Shown piece after piece: positions 49,212-61,964 of a DNA stretch of 64,000 bases. The DNA is from Octopus vulgaris (taxonomy: Eukaryota): the NCBI GenBank assembly GCA_951406725.2, contig OX597825.1, positions 24,986,001 to 25,050,000 on the forward strand, written 5' to 3'. The notes under the pieces were generated by a model. The model saw nothing but the letters and a program-made list of their open reading frames with translations. It was not told the DNA's origin and made no database searches. Numbering within the stretch: position 1 is the first letter of the stretch; each line of letters begins with the position of its first letter. The translations under genes and the position numbers were made by a program.

Positions 49212-49884
49212 CTGAAAATGTATCAGAGAAGAAATAAAAGTACAATTAGAATATCAATTTCTTAAAGATATAAGTTGAAAGAAATTTTGGTTGTCTGGCT
49301 GAAACTGTCATAATTTCAGAGGTGTACACGTCTGGCATGTAATTTGATCCAAGACTGTGAGTTGAAGCTAAAATGATTACAGAGTGGAAGACACATATTA
49401 ACCATTCAAAAACACACATACAAAGACTGTTAACGTCACTTAAACATTTATTTTTTTTGGTGTCAAAATTTTCACTGTACTGGTCCCCGACACAGTTCCA
49501 ATGCAGCTTCAAAGTGTTTCTTGCTGAGATCGGAAACAAACAACAACAGGAATGAAAGAAATGAAAATATCTGATGCAAATTGCTTTAACAAAGATAAAA
49601 AAAATCTAGAAATTTGGTTTTATTCAGGATGCAAGAGTTTATGAGCTGCTTGTTATGGGCTCCTAAATATTCTATAAATAACAGTACAAACAGAGCTACT
49701 GGTAAGTTAGCAAGACGTACTGAGGACCGAGACAGCTGAAGGCACCAATGGAAGATGACCGAAATGATAGCTGTCTCTAATTTAGGTATAAGGCCATTTA
49801 TTTTGAGGTGGGAGTGCTAGACCGGTGCTTTATTTTATCAACCGTGGAGGGATGAAAACCACAGCTGACCTCAATGTAATTTGA

Positions 49885-49894
49885 ACTGCTGCTG

Positions 49895-49956
<62 letters not shown>

Positions 49957-50112
49957 TATTATTATAAGTTGGACATAAGAAGCATCAGATGTGGTGTGTA
50001 AAAGAGAATATTTTTTTGTCACTCGTCTTTTATACCAGGACAAAACAATGTACATAACATTTCCAATCAGTTAAGATCAAAAGCCATGAGCGCCACTACC
50101 TAGAACTGCATC

Positions 50113-50184
<72 letters not shown>

Positions 50185-50384
50185 GGCAGCAAGCTGGTAG
50201 AATCGTTAGCACACTGGACAAAATGTTTAGCGATATTTCGTCTGCCGCTACATTCTGTTCAAATTCTGCTGAGGTTGACTTTGCCTTTCATCCTTTCGGG
50301 ATCAATAAATTAACACTGGGATCAATGTAATCGACTCGTCCCCTCCCCGCAAAAATTTCAGGCCTAGTGCCTATAGTAGAAAAG

Positions 50385-50423
<39 letters not shown>

Positions 50424-50835
50424 GAGTGAGAGAGCAATGCATGCAATCAAAGTGACACTGTGGTAAAATATACAAAGCCCAGTATACCCATCATGACTAC
50501 CCGTCTGATAAGGGTACACCAGGTATCACAATTATTATGCGCGACATGGTGATATATCAAGATTTATTCTTCTTCTTCTTATTATTATTATTAAGGTGGA
50601 GAGCTGGCCGAATCGTCAGCACACCAGGCAGAATGCTTAGCGGCATTTCGTCTGTCATTACAGTCTGAGATCAACTTTGCCTTTCATCTTTACGGGGGGT
50701 CAATGAAATAAGTACCAGTTACATACTGGAGTCGGTGTAATCAAACTAGCCTCCTCACCCAAAAATTTCAGGCCTAGTGCCTATAGTAGAAAGGATTATT
50801 ATTATTATTATTAATATTATTATTATTATTATTGG
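49885..50835. repeat. (CTA)n/(ATT)n microsatellite cluster with two nested SINE B copies (50184-50386, 50593-50796)
   Basis: Visible directly; the SINE tails end in (ATT)n. Confidence 0.8.
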
Positions 50836-50885
50836 TTTTATTTTTGTGAGTGAAAAAAAAAAATTTAAAAAAACAATTATCTAAC

Positions 50886-50985
50886 CTTTTTCTTCATAAT
50901 GATTGCTGGCTTGAATTGTCCACATACCAAAATTGAGTACAATACCAAAGGAATATAATAAAATATTTTGCAAATGAAGGGAACT
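50886..50985 (-). CDS. SLC35A4: SLC35A4-like exon (100 nt; SSLHLQNILLYSFGIVLNFGMWTIQASNHYEEK)
   Basis: tttttcag acceptor and AAG|GTTAG donor; carries the SLC35A motif QNxxLYxFGxxLN. Confidence 0.9.
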
Positions 50986-51237
50986 CTGAAAAATAAAGTT
51001 AAAAATAAAATTTTAATGACTGCTCCTGAAAAAAACACATGACATGCTACACAGTGGGACTGAACCCCAAACCACCTGGTTGGAAAGTGAGCATCTTGAC
51101 TACACAGCTATGCTTATGCCAATACACACACAGTCAACCATAGTCTTGTGAGTGGATTTGGTAGACAGAAACTAAGGTAGCACCCCAGCATGGCCACAAT
51201 CTAATGACTGAAGCAAGTAAAAAGATACATATATGTA

Positions 51238-51316
<79 letters not shown>

Positions 51317-51318
<2 letters not shown>

Positions 51319-51612
51319 AAGCGCAATGGCCCAGTGGTTAGGGCAGCGGACTCGTGGTCGTAGGATCGCGGTTTCGATTCCCAGACCAGGTGTTGTGGGT
51401 GTTTATTGAGCGAAAACACCTAAAACTTAAAGCGGCTCCGGCAGGGGATGATGGCAATCCCTGCTGTACTCTTTCGCCACAACTTTCTCTCACTCTTCTG
51501 TTGGCCTGCTCGCTTAGCCAGTGGGGTGGCGTCATTTGAAGGCTAAAACAATGCGAAGTGCATTGTGACCAGCGATGTGTAGCAATGTCTGATAGCCTGG
51601 TCGGTCACAGTG
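51317..51612 (+). mobile_element. SINE family C inserted in (TA)n
   Basis: Same tRNA-like head as 16176, with a different 3' tail. Confidence 0.75.
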
Positions 51613-52101
51613 ATATATATATATATATATATTGCCTTCTGAAAACCCTGACACAGGAACATGGTTGTTAAAGGAAAGAAATAGAAAGAGACTGAGTACA
51701 AAGTAAGAAGACATTTGTTTTTGTGTGGCTCAGTCAAGAGGGCAATTTTGTAGGCCATCTCTCCTGAAAAGATTGGTGGGTTAAAAGAGGAAAGGTTCTA
51801 CGGTACATGGACTGATGATACAAACTACCAGTCTGATCCCTGGAAGTCAATGGCTGCAGATGGACTTGTTAGCAAATAAGACAAGCCTTTACTACCAATG
51901 CCCTGGTACGTCTATTGAGTGAGTCTCCATTGGAGAACCACTTCTACCTGTAAACTCTAATAAATCAGTGATATGTCACAGGAAAAGGTTTGATAGGGAG
52001 TAGTACTTCATACAACAGTGGAGACAAACTGCTTAAGGGGTACCCAAAGGTGAGGAAGCATGTATATATTTGTAGCTATAAGCTTCAGAAAAGTTGTTTA
52101 C

Positions 52102-52246
52102 CTGAGAATTTTGTTTCAGAATATACTCTGTGTAGACCCCGGAGAGTCCAGAAATGAAGCAGTAGAGGACAATCATGAATAAACCTTTAATAGATATATG
52201 GATTTCTCCAGCAGTTTTACCACCTTTCGCTTGGAAGCCACCATAA
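52102..52246 (-). CDS. SLC35A4: SLC35A4-like exon (145 nt; YGGFQAKGGKTAGEIHISIKGLFMIVLYCFISGLSGVYTEYILKQNSQ)
   Basis: ttcttcag acceptor and CAG|GTAAAC donor; carries the motif LYCxISGLSxVYTE. Confidence 0.9.
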
Positions 52247-52482
52247 CTGAAGAAGAGAAAACAGAAAAGAGGAATTTAAATGGAATTCATTGGAGATTAA
52301 ATACAGGATTAATTTCTGAAGAATTTACGAAAGAGGGAGGAAGGAATGTAAAACTAATTTGGATTTACTTATTTTATTTCATGTCACTTCTTCTGATCAA
52401 TAGTGCTGTAGGTCACAGGATTTCAATGAGCCAATAAGTAAAAGAGAAAAATCACAAAGGCTGATTATATATATATATATAC

Positions 52483-52701
52483 TCCCTTTGACTTGTTTCG
52501 GTCATTTGACTGTGGCCATGTTGGAACACCGCCTTTAGTCGAAGCAAATCGACCCAAGGACTTATTCTTTATAGGCCTAGTACCTATTTTATCGGTCTCT
52601 TTTGCCAAACCGCTAGCTTATGGGGACGTAAACACACCAGCATTGGTTGTCATGCGATGTTGGGTGGACAAACACAGACACAGAAACATATATACACAGA
52701 C

Positions 52702-52761
<60 letters not shown>

Positions 52762-53236
52762 AGATTCTTTCAGTTTCCGTCTACCAAATCCACTCACAAG
52801 GCTTTGGTTGGCCTGAGGCTATAGTGGAAGACACTTGCCCAAGGTGCCATGCAGTGGGACTGAATCCAGAACAAAGTGGTTGGTAAGCAAGCTACTTACC
52901 ACACAGCCACTCCTACGCCTGTAACTATATATATATATATGATTTTATGATGAGGATTATTAAGAATCAAGGCACAACAAATCGTAGGATGCCAGAAATG
53001 GCTTGGTACAATAGCATAGAGCTCACAGTGAAATAAACAACATCGAAGACATCAAGTGTTGGAAGGGTATTATAGATACATACATATGCAAGTACCAAAT
53101 CCAATTTAAACCATAGATCCAACTCCGGGATGGGTCCTTGAGTCTATGGTTTAAATTGGATTTCAATTGCATATCTACTGTATCCTACAAACACTTGGAG
53201 TCTTCAATATTGTTTATATCACAGTGAGCTCTATGG

Positions 53237-53281
<45 letters not shown>

Positions 53282-53643
53282 TTTACTTGTTTCAGTCATT
53301 TGACTGCTGCCATGCTGGAGCACCACCTTTAGTTGAGCAAATCGACCCCGGGACTTATTCTTTGTAAGCCCAGTACTTATTCTATCAGTCTCTTTTGCCA
53401 AACCGCTAAGTGACGGGGACATAAACACACCAGCATCGGTTGTCAAGCAATGCTAGGGGGACAAACACACACACACATACACATATATACGACAGGCTTC
53501 TTTCAGTTTCCGTCTACCAAATCCACTCACAAGGCATTGGTCGGCCCGGGGCTATAGCAGAAGACACTTGCCCAAGATGCCACGCAGTGGGACTGAACCC
53601 GGAACCATGTGGTTGGTTAGCAAGCTACTTACCACACAGCCAG
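52483..53643 (-). mobile_element. Two SINE family A copies (52483-52920, 53280-53643)
   Basis: Match to family A. Confidence 0.8.
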
Positions 53644-54287
53644 ATAGATAGATAGATAGATAGATAGTGAGAGAGAGGGAGAGAGAGAGAGAGAAATAAA
53701 CACAAGTTGTGTGGCCTAGTGGTTTGGCAAAGCATTGTATTCTTGAGAAAACACTTCATTTCACAAACAGAGTGAAAGATTTTTCATATTTAAAGACAAG
53801 ATTTAATCATTAACTAAAAGTGCCACCTTGTCTGGTTTACTACCCAGAATTGTACACTTCCCACAGTTGGTGTTGCAAGCTGATTCAATGTATTTACAAC
53901 CATTTGTCAGCAAGAAATTTTCTGCACGACAAAACACAATGAATGGCTTTCTCATAATTTCCAGCATATTTGAACTGGTAACAAGTTTGATTTATACACA
54001 TTACCTATCCGAATTGATAGTACCTTGGATTTACTTATTTTATTTCATGTCACTTCTTCTGATCAATAGTGCTGTGGGCCACAGGATTTCAATGAGCCAA
54101 TAAGTAAAAGACAAAAACAGCAAGGCTGATTATATATATATATATATACTCTCTTTTTTCTCTTTTTCTGTCTTTTACTTGTTTCAGTCATTTGATTGTG
54201 GCCATGCTGGAGCACCGCCTTTAGTCAAGCAAATCAACCCCAGAACTTATTCTTTATAAGCCTAGTACTTATTTTATCAGCCTCTCG

Positions 54288-56330
54288 CTGAACTGGTAGA
54301 TAAAGCAATTAAGGGTATAACGACAGGGAAAGCCCCCAGCCCATCAGGAATCACCACAGAGATGCTTAAAATATCTGGCGGTGTCAGCTATAGTCTAGTC
54401 ATTCGTATAGTCAATCAGGTGATACATGAAGGAGTCATACCCAATGACTGGTGTAGCAGCACAATAGTCAACTGTTATAAAGGTAAAGGTGATGCATTAG
54501 ATATGAGTAACTACAGAGGTATCAAGTTGTTGGATCAGATAATGAAAGTCACTGTGAGGGTCATAGCCCAACTAATTAGGGAGAGAGTTAGTCTAGATGA
54601 GATGCAGTTTAGGTTTGTGCCAGGAAAAAGCACCACTGATGCTATATTTCTGGTAAGACAGTTGCAGGAGAAATACCTAGCCAAAGATAAACCTCTGTAC
54701 CTGGCTTTTGTTGACATGGAGAATGCCTTTGACAGAGTCCCCTGATTCCTTATCTTGTGGTCAATGTGGAAACTAGGGATAGGTGAGAGCTGTGCGAGCC
54801 ATGTACAGGGATGCTGTCAGTAAGGCGAGGGTTGGCAACGAGTACAATGAAGAATTCCGGGTAGGAGTAGTGACCACCAAGGATCAGTCCTCAGCTCCCT
54901 CTTATTCATCATTGTCCTTCCGGCAATAACAGAGGAATTCAAGACAGGATGCCCCTGGGAGCTTCTCTATGCTGATGACCTTGCCCTAATAGCTGAGTCA
55001 CTATCAGAACTAAAGGAGAAGTTTCAGGTGTGAAAGCAAGGTCTAGAATCAAAGGGCCTTAGAGTCAATCTAGCAAAAACTAAATTCGCAATAAGTAGGA
55101 AGGCAGGAAAACCACAAATCCCTTCAGGTAGATGGCCCTGCTCAATCTGTAGAAAAGGCATAGGTAGAAATCCCACAAGATGTACCCGGTGTAAGCTATG
55201 GACGCATAAGAGGTGCAGTAATATCAAAGGAAGGCTAACTGGGAAGAAAGATTTTGTGTACAGCAAATGCTCAGGGGCAATGAAAACCTAAAATGTGCAG
55301 AAAACAGCTTCCATCACATTCCAGGGTCAAAACTAGAAGTAGTTGATAGCTTCCGTTACCAAGGTGACCAAGTCAGTAGTGGGGAGTGGTTGCTCTTAGA
55401 GTGTAGCTGCTAGAATAAGAATAACCTGGGCAAAGTTTAGAGAGCTCCTACCTCTGTTGGTGACAAAGGGCCTCCCACTCAGGGTAAAAGGGAGACTGCT
55501 TGATGCATGTGTATGAACAGCCATGCTACATGGCAATGAAATATGGCCATGACTGCCGAGGACATGCGTAAGCTCGCAAGGAATGAAGCTAGTATGCTCC
55601 ACTGGATGTGTAATGTCAGTGTGCATACACAACAGAGTGTAAGCGCCTTGAAGGAAAAGTTGGACATAAGAAGCATCAGATGTGGTGTGCAAGAGAGACG
55701 ACTACACTGGTATGGTCATGTGTTGTGTATGGATGAGGACAGCTGGGTGAAAAAGTGTCACATCCCAGCAGTAGAGGGAACCTGTGGAAGAGGTAGACCC
55801 AAAAAGACCTGAGATGAGGGGATGAAGTACAATCTTTGAATGTTGGGCCTCACCGAGGCAATAACAAGTGACCAAGACCTTTGGAGATATGCTGTGCTTG
55901 GATGACCCGGCAAGCCAAGTGAGACCATAACCCTGGCCTATGCCAGTGAAGTGTAACCAGCCCATTTAAGAGCAGCCTTCAAACAGTGGACAATAAACTG
56001 TGCTTGCGAAGGCCTGTTGAGCAAGTGAAGTCATTGTCGTGGCTGATGACAGTACCACCTGGTTGGCACCCATGCCGGTGGCACATAAAAAGCACCATTC
56101 GAGGGTGGTCGATACCAGTGCCGCCTGACTAGCCCTCGTGCTGGTTGCATGTAAAAAGCATTCACTCTTGGACTAGTTGGCATTAGGAAGGGCATCCAAC
56201 TGTAGAAACATTGCCAGATTGGATTGGAGCCTGGTACAGCCTTCTCGCTTGCCAGCCCTCAGTCAAACCGGCCAACCCATGCCAGCATAGAAAGCAGACA
56301 TTAAAGGACAACAACAATGATGATGACATC
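54288..56330 (+). mobile_element. 5'-truncated RTE-clade LINE (RT with inserted Cys/His finger), inactive
   Basis: GKAPSPSGI, NYRGIKLL, GKSTTDAIF, AFVDMENAFDRVP, HQGSVLS, LLYADDL, LHWYGHV, GRGRPKKT; 3' tail (CAA)/(GAT). Confidence 0.9.
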
Positions 56331-56608
56331 AATGCTCAACACTAACATCCTGTATTTTGTTATGCTAATGAAAGAAAAGAAGAAAAAAAGATTTATAATC
56401 TGATGTGAAAATTAATCTTTTATCAGTCGAAGACCAGGTGCAGGTATGGTTATGTGGTTGAGAAGTTGTTTTCACAATCGTGTGGTCTCAGGTTCAGACC
56501 CATTGGGCAAGCGTTTTCTACTATAGCCCCAGACTACATAAAACCTTGTGAGCAAATTAGACTAATGGAAATTGAAAGAAGCCTGTTGTATACATATGTG
56601 TGTGTATG

Positions 56609-56645
<37 letters not shown>

Positions 56646-58679
56646 TGACGAAATTATTGTATACATTGCTCAGGTGCACCATAACTTGTCAGAAAGTGCA
56701 TATAAGGTATATGCAGTAATGTACAAATGTCTGGAAAGCGAATAATGTATGAGTCAGATACATGCTTGCATGTGTATGGAGGGGAGAAAATCAGGTATAG
56801 TGTTGGCGAATCTCAGAAAGCATGGAAGTTTTGAAGGATGCAGTGCTACGACAACTAACAACTGATGCTGGCAGTTTGTTCCATGCTTCAGCAACTCTCA
56901 GCATGAAAAAATGTTTCCTAAAGTCATGGTGGGTATCCTTGTCTTGACATCATGTGATAGTTGCAAGCAAGCATCCCCGTCATGCAAGCGATGTTATTTG
57001 TTTTCTAGTCTTACATGAAAAACGCATGGGAAATATTAACCTGCTGAGACACAAATGAGGGTTGACAACAGGAAGAACATCCAGTCATAGGAAATCTACC
57101 TCGTCAAATTCCATCTGACACATGCTAGCATAGGGAAGCAGGTATTTGATGATGATAATGATGGTTGTCGTTGAGTCATCTTCGTCGCCGTCATCACTGT
57201 GTGGCTTTGGAACTAATATCAACTTGTTACTCTGGCACAAAGCCATAAATTTAAAACACAATGAAGTTATTTATTAATCAATGAAATCCTAGATGAAAGT
57301 GATGCGAAGCCGAGCTGACTCCAGGGGGAATTAACGTCAGAATGTAAACAAGTGAATCTAAAAAGCTCAACTGTATTTCCCCCAGCACTCAACTAGTTCT
57401 GACATGTATTTTCCTTGCTTATTACCGACAATAAGAAAAAAAAGTCAAAGACATGTCTGACACAAATATTACAAAGAACCACAAAAGATTAAAATGAAAA
57501 GCTACACATAAGAAAGCATTGCAAGGTATAATTTAAACATACAGGGGCATAATGGAAGCACCTTAAAATTTCAAACAAATCCATTTTAACATGGGGTAGG
57601 ACCGCCTTTGGCAGTAATCACAGCTTGAATTCAATGAGGTAATTGACTCATACAAAGTTTCAATTATTTCCAAAGGAATTTTTGTCCATTCTTCAGCTAA
57701 AACAGTCTCCAGTTCTTGTAGTGATGATGGTGGAGGATACCAACTCCTTACTTGTTTTCGTAAAATGCACCATAAATGTCCAATAATATTGAGATCTGGG
57801 GGACTGTGGTGGCCAGATATGATGTTCAACTTTGCTAGAATGTTCCTTGTGCCATTCAGTAACAGCTTTAGCTGTGTGAATTGGTGCATTATCATCCTGA
57901 AAGATTGCGTTTCCCTCCGGAAATAGTTCTGCAACCATAGGATGAATTTGGAGATATGCTGTGCTTGGATGACCCGGCAAGCCAAGTGAGACCATAACCC
58001 TGGCCTATGCCAGTGAAGTGTAACCAGCCCATTTAAGAGCAGCCTTCAAACAGTGGACAATAAACTGTGCTTGCGAAGGCCTGTTGAGCAAGTGAAGTCA
58101 TTGTCATGGCTGATGACAGTACCACCTGGTTGGCACCCATGCCGGTGGCACATAAAAAGCACCATTCGAGGGTGGTCGATACCAGTGCCGCCTGACTAGC
58201 CCTCGTGCTGGTTGCATGTAAAAAGCATTCACTCTTGGACTAGTTGGCATTAGGAAGGGCATCCAACTGTAGAAACATTGCCAGATTGGATTGGAGCCTG
58301 GTACAGCCTTCTCGCTTGCCAGCCCTCAGTCAAACCGGCCAACCCATGCCAGCATAGAAAGCAGACATTAAAGGACAACAACAATGATGATGACATCAAT
58401 GCTCAACACTAACATCCTGTATTTTGTTATGCTAATGAAAGAAAGGAAGAAAAAAAGATTTATAATCTGATGTGAAAATTAATCCTTTATCAGTCGAAGA
58501 TCAGGTGCAGGTATGGTTATGTGGTTGAGAAGCTGTTTTCACAATCGTGTGGTCTCAGGTTCAGTCCCATTGGGCAAGCATTTTCTACTACAGCCCCAGA
58601 CCACATAAAACCTTGTGAGCAAATTAAACAAATAGAAATTAAAAGAAGCCTGTTGTATACATATGTGTGTGTGTGTATC

Positions 58680-58715
<36 letters not shown>

Positions 58716-60048
58716 TGTATGTATGTATATAATAATAATAATAATGATGAAATTATTGTATACAGTGCTCAGGTGCACCACAACTTGTCAGACAGTGCGT
58801 ATAAAGCATATGCAGTAATGTACAAATGTCTGGAAAGCGAATAATGTATGAGTCAGATACATGCTTGAGTGTGTATGGAGGGGAGAAAATCAGGTGTAGT
58901 GTTGGCGAATCTCAGAAAGCATGGAAGTTTTGAAGGATGCAGTGCTACGACAACTAACAACTGATGCTGGCAGTTTGTTCCATGCTTCAGCAACTCTCAG
59001 CATGAAAAAATGTTTCCTAAAGTCATGGTGGGTATCCTTGTCTTGACATCATGTGATAGTTGCAAGCAAGCATCCCCGTCATGCAAGCGATGTTATTTGT
59101 TTTCTAGTCTTACATGAAAAACGCATGGGAAATATTAACCTGCTGAGACACAAATGAGGGTTGGCAACAGGAAGAACATCCAGCCATAGGAAATCTACCT
59201 CGTCAAATTCCATCTGACAAATGCTAGCATAGGGAAGCAGGTATTTGATGATGATAATGATGGTTGTCGTTGAGTCATCTTCGTCGCCGTCATCACTGTG
59301 TGGCTTTGGAACTAATATCAACTTGTTACTCTGGCACAAAGCCATAAATTTAAAACACAATGAAGTTATTTATTAATCAATGAAATCCTAGATGAAAGTG
59401 ATGCGAAGCCGAGCTGACTCAGGGGGAATTAACGTCAGAATGTAAACAAGTGAATCTAAAAAGCTCAACTGTATTTCCCCCAGCACTCAACTAGTTCTGA
59501 CATGTATTTTCCTTGCTTATTACCGACAATAAGAAAAAAAAGTCAAAGACATGTCTGACACAAATATTACAAAGAACCACAAAAGATTAAAATGAAAAGC
59601 TACACATAAGAAGGCATTGCAAGGTATAATTTAAACATACAGGGGCATAATGGAAGCACCTTAAAATTTCAAACAAATCCATTTTAACATGGGGTAGGAC
59701 CGCCTTTGGCAGTAATCACAGCTTGAATTCAATGAGGTAATTGACTCATACAAAGTTTCAATTATTTCCAAAGGAATTTTTGTCCGTTCTTTAGCTAAAA
59801 CAGTCTCCAGTTCTTGTAGTGATGATGGTGGAGGATACCAACTCCTTACTTGTTTTCGTAAAATGCACCATAAATGTCCAATAATATTGAGATCTGGGGG
59901 ACTGTGGTGGCCAGGTACAATGTTCAACTTCGCTAGAATGTTCCTTGTGCCATTCAGTAACAGCTTTAGCTGTGTGAATTGGTGCATTATCATCCTGAAA
60001 GATTGCGTTTCCCTTTGGAAACAGTTCCACAACCATAGGATGAATTTG
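55880..60048. repeat. Tandem duplication of about 2.07 kb (55880-57950 and 57947-60048)
   Basis: Near-identical sequence with 4-bp TTTG microhomology at the junction. Confidence 0.9.
56613..56930 (-). mobile_element. CR1-clade LINE 3' end (duplicated at about 58730-59030)
   Basis: HDFRKHFFMLRVAEAWNKLPASVVSCRSTASFK plus an (ATT)n tail. Confidence 0.7.
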
Positions 60049-60180
60049 ATCAGATAAAATGCTTAAATAGTCTTGACTATTAACTCTGCCACGAAGGGAA
60101 ACCATTGGGCCGGTGGATTTCCAAGATATAGTCTCCCAGATCATCACAGATACTCCTCCATGTTTAACACTTGGAAGAAG
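59640..60180 (-). mobile_element. Tc1-like transposon 3' half (shorter duplicate at 57542-57950)
   Basis: VMIWETISWKSTGP, FQDDNAPIHTAK, WPPQSP/DLNIIGHLW; TIR TA|CAGGGGCATAATGG. Confidence 0.8.
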
Positions 60181-60839
60181 CTGTCACATCTCATGAATGA
60201 ACCTTTTTTGGATCGAATAGTGATTGGTGATGAGAAATAGGTTCTCTATAAAAATGTCAAGCACCAAAGCCAGTGGGGAGGGAAAGAAGAAACACTGGCA
60301 CCCCAGGCTAAAGAAGGTCTTGCACCCACATAAGGTGTTGTTATCTGTTTGGTGGAATATGAAAGGTTTAGTCCACCTTGAGCTTTTAAACTCAAACCAA
60401 ACAATAACAAAGCAGATCTACTGTGAGCAGCTTGAGCAGCTTAAGTCAGCGCTATAAGGAAAATTACCATCTTTGGTTTCAAGACGAAGGTGTTCTTCCA
60501 TCAGGATAATGCTCAGCCACATACAGCGAGGAGGACATTCCAAAGGCTGGAGCAGTTCGAATGCCCCAACCACCATATTCGCCAGACATTGCCCCATCAG
60601 ATTATCATTTATTCTGCAGTCTTAAAAATCATTTGGATGGCAAAAATATGAATTCTGTAGGAGTATTTTTTTGTTACGGACAAGTGAATTTTGGAAGAGG
60701 GGCCTTGCAAATCTACCAAATAGATGGAAGATCACTGTAGAAAATGAAGGAGAGTCTATTTTAGATTAAAACAGAACTTTATCTTAATTTTGAAAAATAA
60801 AAAGTTTTAAAAACCCACATTATTTATGGGATGACCCAA
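60181..60839 (+). mobile_element. mariner transposon 3' half, degraded
   Basis: FLDRIVIGDEK, KVLLSVWWNMKG, HQDNAQPH, PPYSPDIAPSDYHLF; TIR ...TTATTTATGGGATGACCCAA|TA. Confidence 0.85.
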
Positions 60840-60898
60840 TATGTATCATGACTATCATCATAATTAAACATCCATTTTCCACACTGGCACACACACAC

Positions 60899-60975
<77 letters not shown>

Positions 60976-60979
60976 TGTA

Positions 60980-61395
60980 GGCACAGGCGTGGCTGTGTGG
61001 TAAGAAGCTTGCTTCCCAACCTCATGGCTCTTGGTTCAGTCCCACTGCATGACACATTGGGCAAGTGTCTTCTACTATAGCCTCGAGTCAACCAAAGCCT
61101 TGTGAGTGGATTTGGTGGATCGAGTCTGAAGCCGATCATGTGTGTGTATATATGTGTGTGTGTGTGTGTGTGTGTATTTATGTGTATGGTTCTTTGTATC
61201 TATCTTTGTCCCCCACACCATCGCTCGACAACCAATGTTGGTGTGTTTATGTCCTGAAAACTTAGAGGTTCAGCAAAAGAGACCGATAGGATAAGTACTA
61301 GGCTTACAAAGAATAAGTCCTGGGGTTGATTTGTTCGACTAAACGCGGTGCTCCAGCACTGCCGCAGTCAAATGACTGAAACATGTAAAAGAGTA
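60980..61395 (+). mobile_element. SINE family A
   Basis: Match to family A. Confidence 0.8.
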
Positions 61396-61396
61396 A

Positions 61397-61443
<47 letters not shown>

Positions 61444-61526
61444 ACATACACATATATGTTTATATATACATAAACATATATAATGTATTGTTCTATGATT
61501 AAGATCAACAAAAAAAGAAGTCCGCC

Positions 61527-61703
61527 TGGTGGGAAATAAATATTATTTAATAAAGGCAAACAAGTTTTTATGGTGGGAAATAAATATTATTTAATAAAGG
61601 CAAACAAGTTTTTATGGTGGGAAATAAATATTATTTAATAAAGGCAAACAAGTTTTTATGGTGGGAAATAAATATTATTTAATAAAGTCAATACAAGTTT
61701 TTA
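61527..61703. repeat. Minisatellite, 4 x 44 bp
   Basis: Unit tggtgggaaataaatattatttaataaaggcaaacaagttttta starts at 61527, 61571, 61615 and 61659 (the last copy is diverged). Confidence 0.9.
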
Positions 61704-61964
61704 TGTGCTACTATTAGTTTTATGTACTGAGATGCCAGACATGTTATAAAACATTGCGTTTATTAAATGATATATACAAAGACACTTGGTGATATATCAT
61801 GCTTGTGTTAAGCTGTCAAGCCAAATGAGACAGATCAATGACACCCAAGATGGTGGCATGTAAAAAGCACTACTACACTCTCAGAGTGGTTGGCATTAAG
61901 AAGCATATCCAGCCACAGAAGCTTTGCCAAATCAAACTGGAACCTGGAGCAGCCCACCCAAGCT

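Noticed and set aside
61527-61703. Regularly spaced repeats resembling a CRISPR array
   Set aside because: The 44-bp units are contiguous with no unique spacers, there are no cas genes, and the context is eukaryotic; this is a minisatellite.
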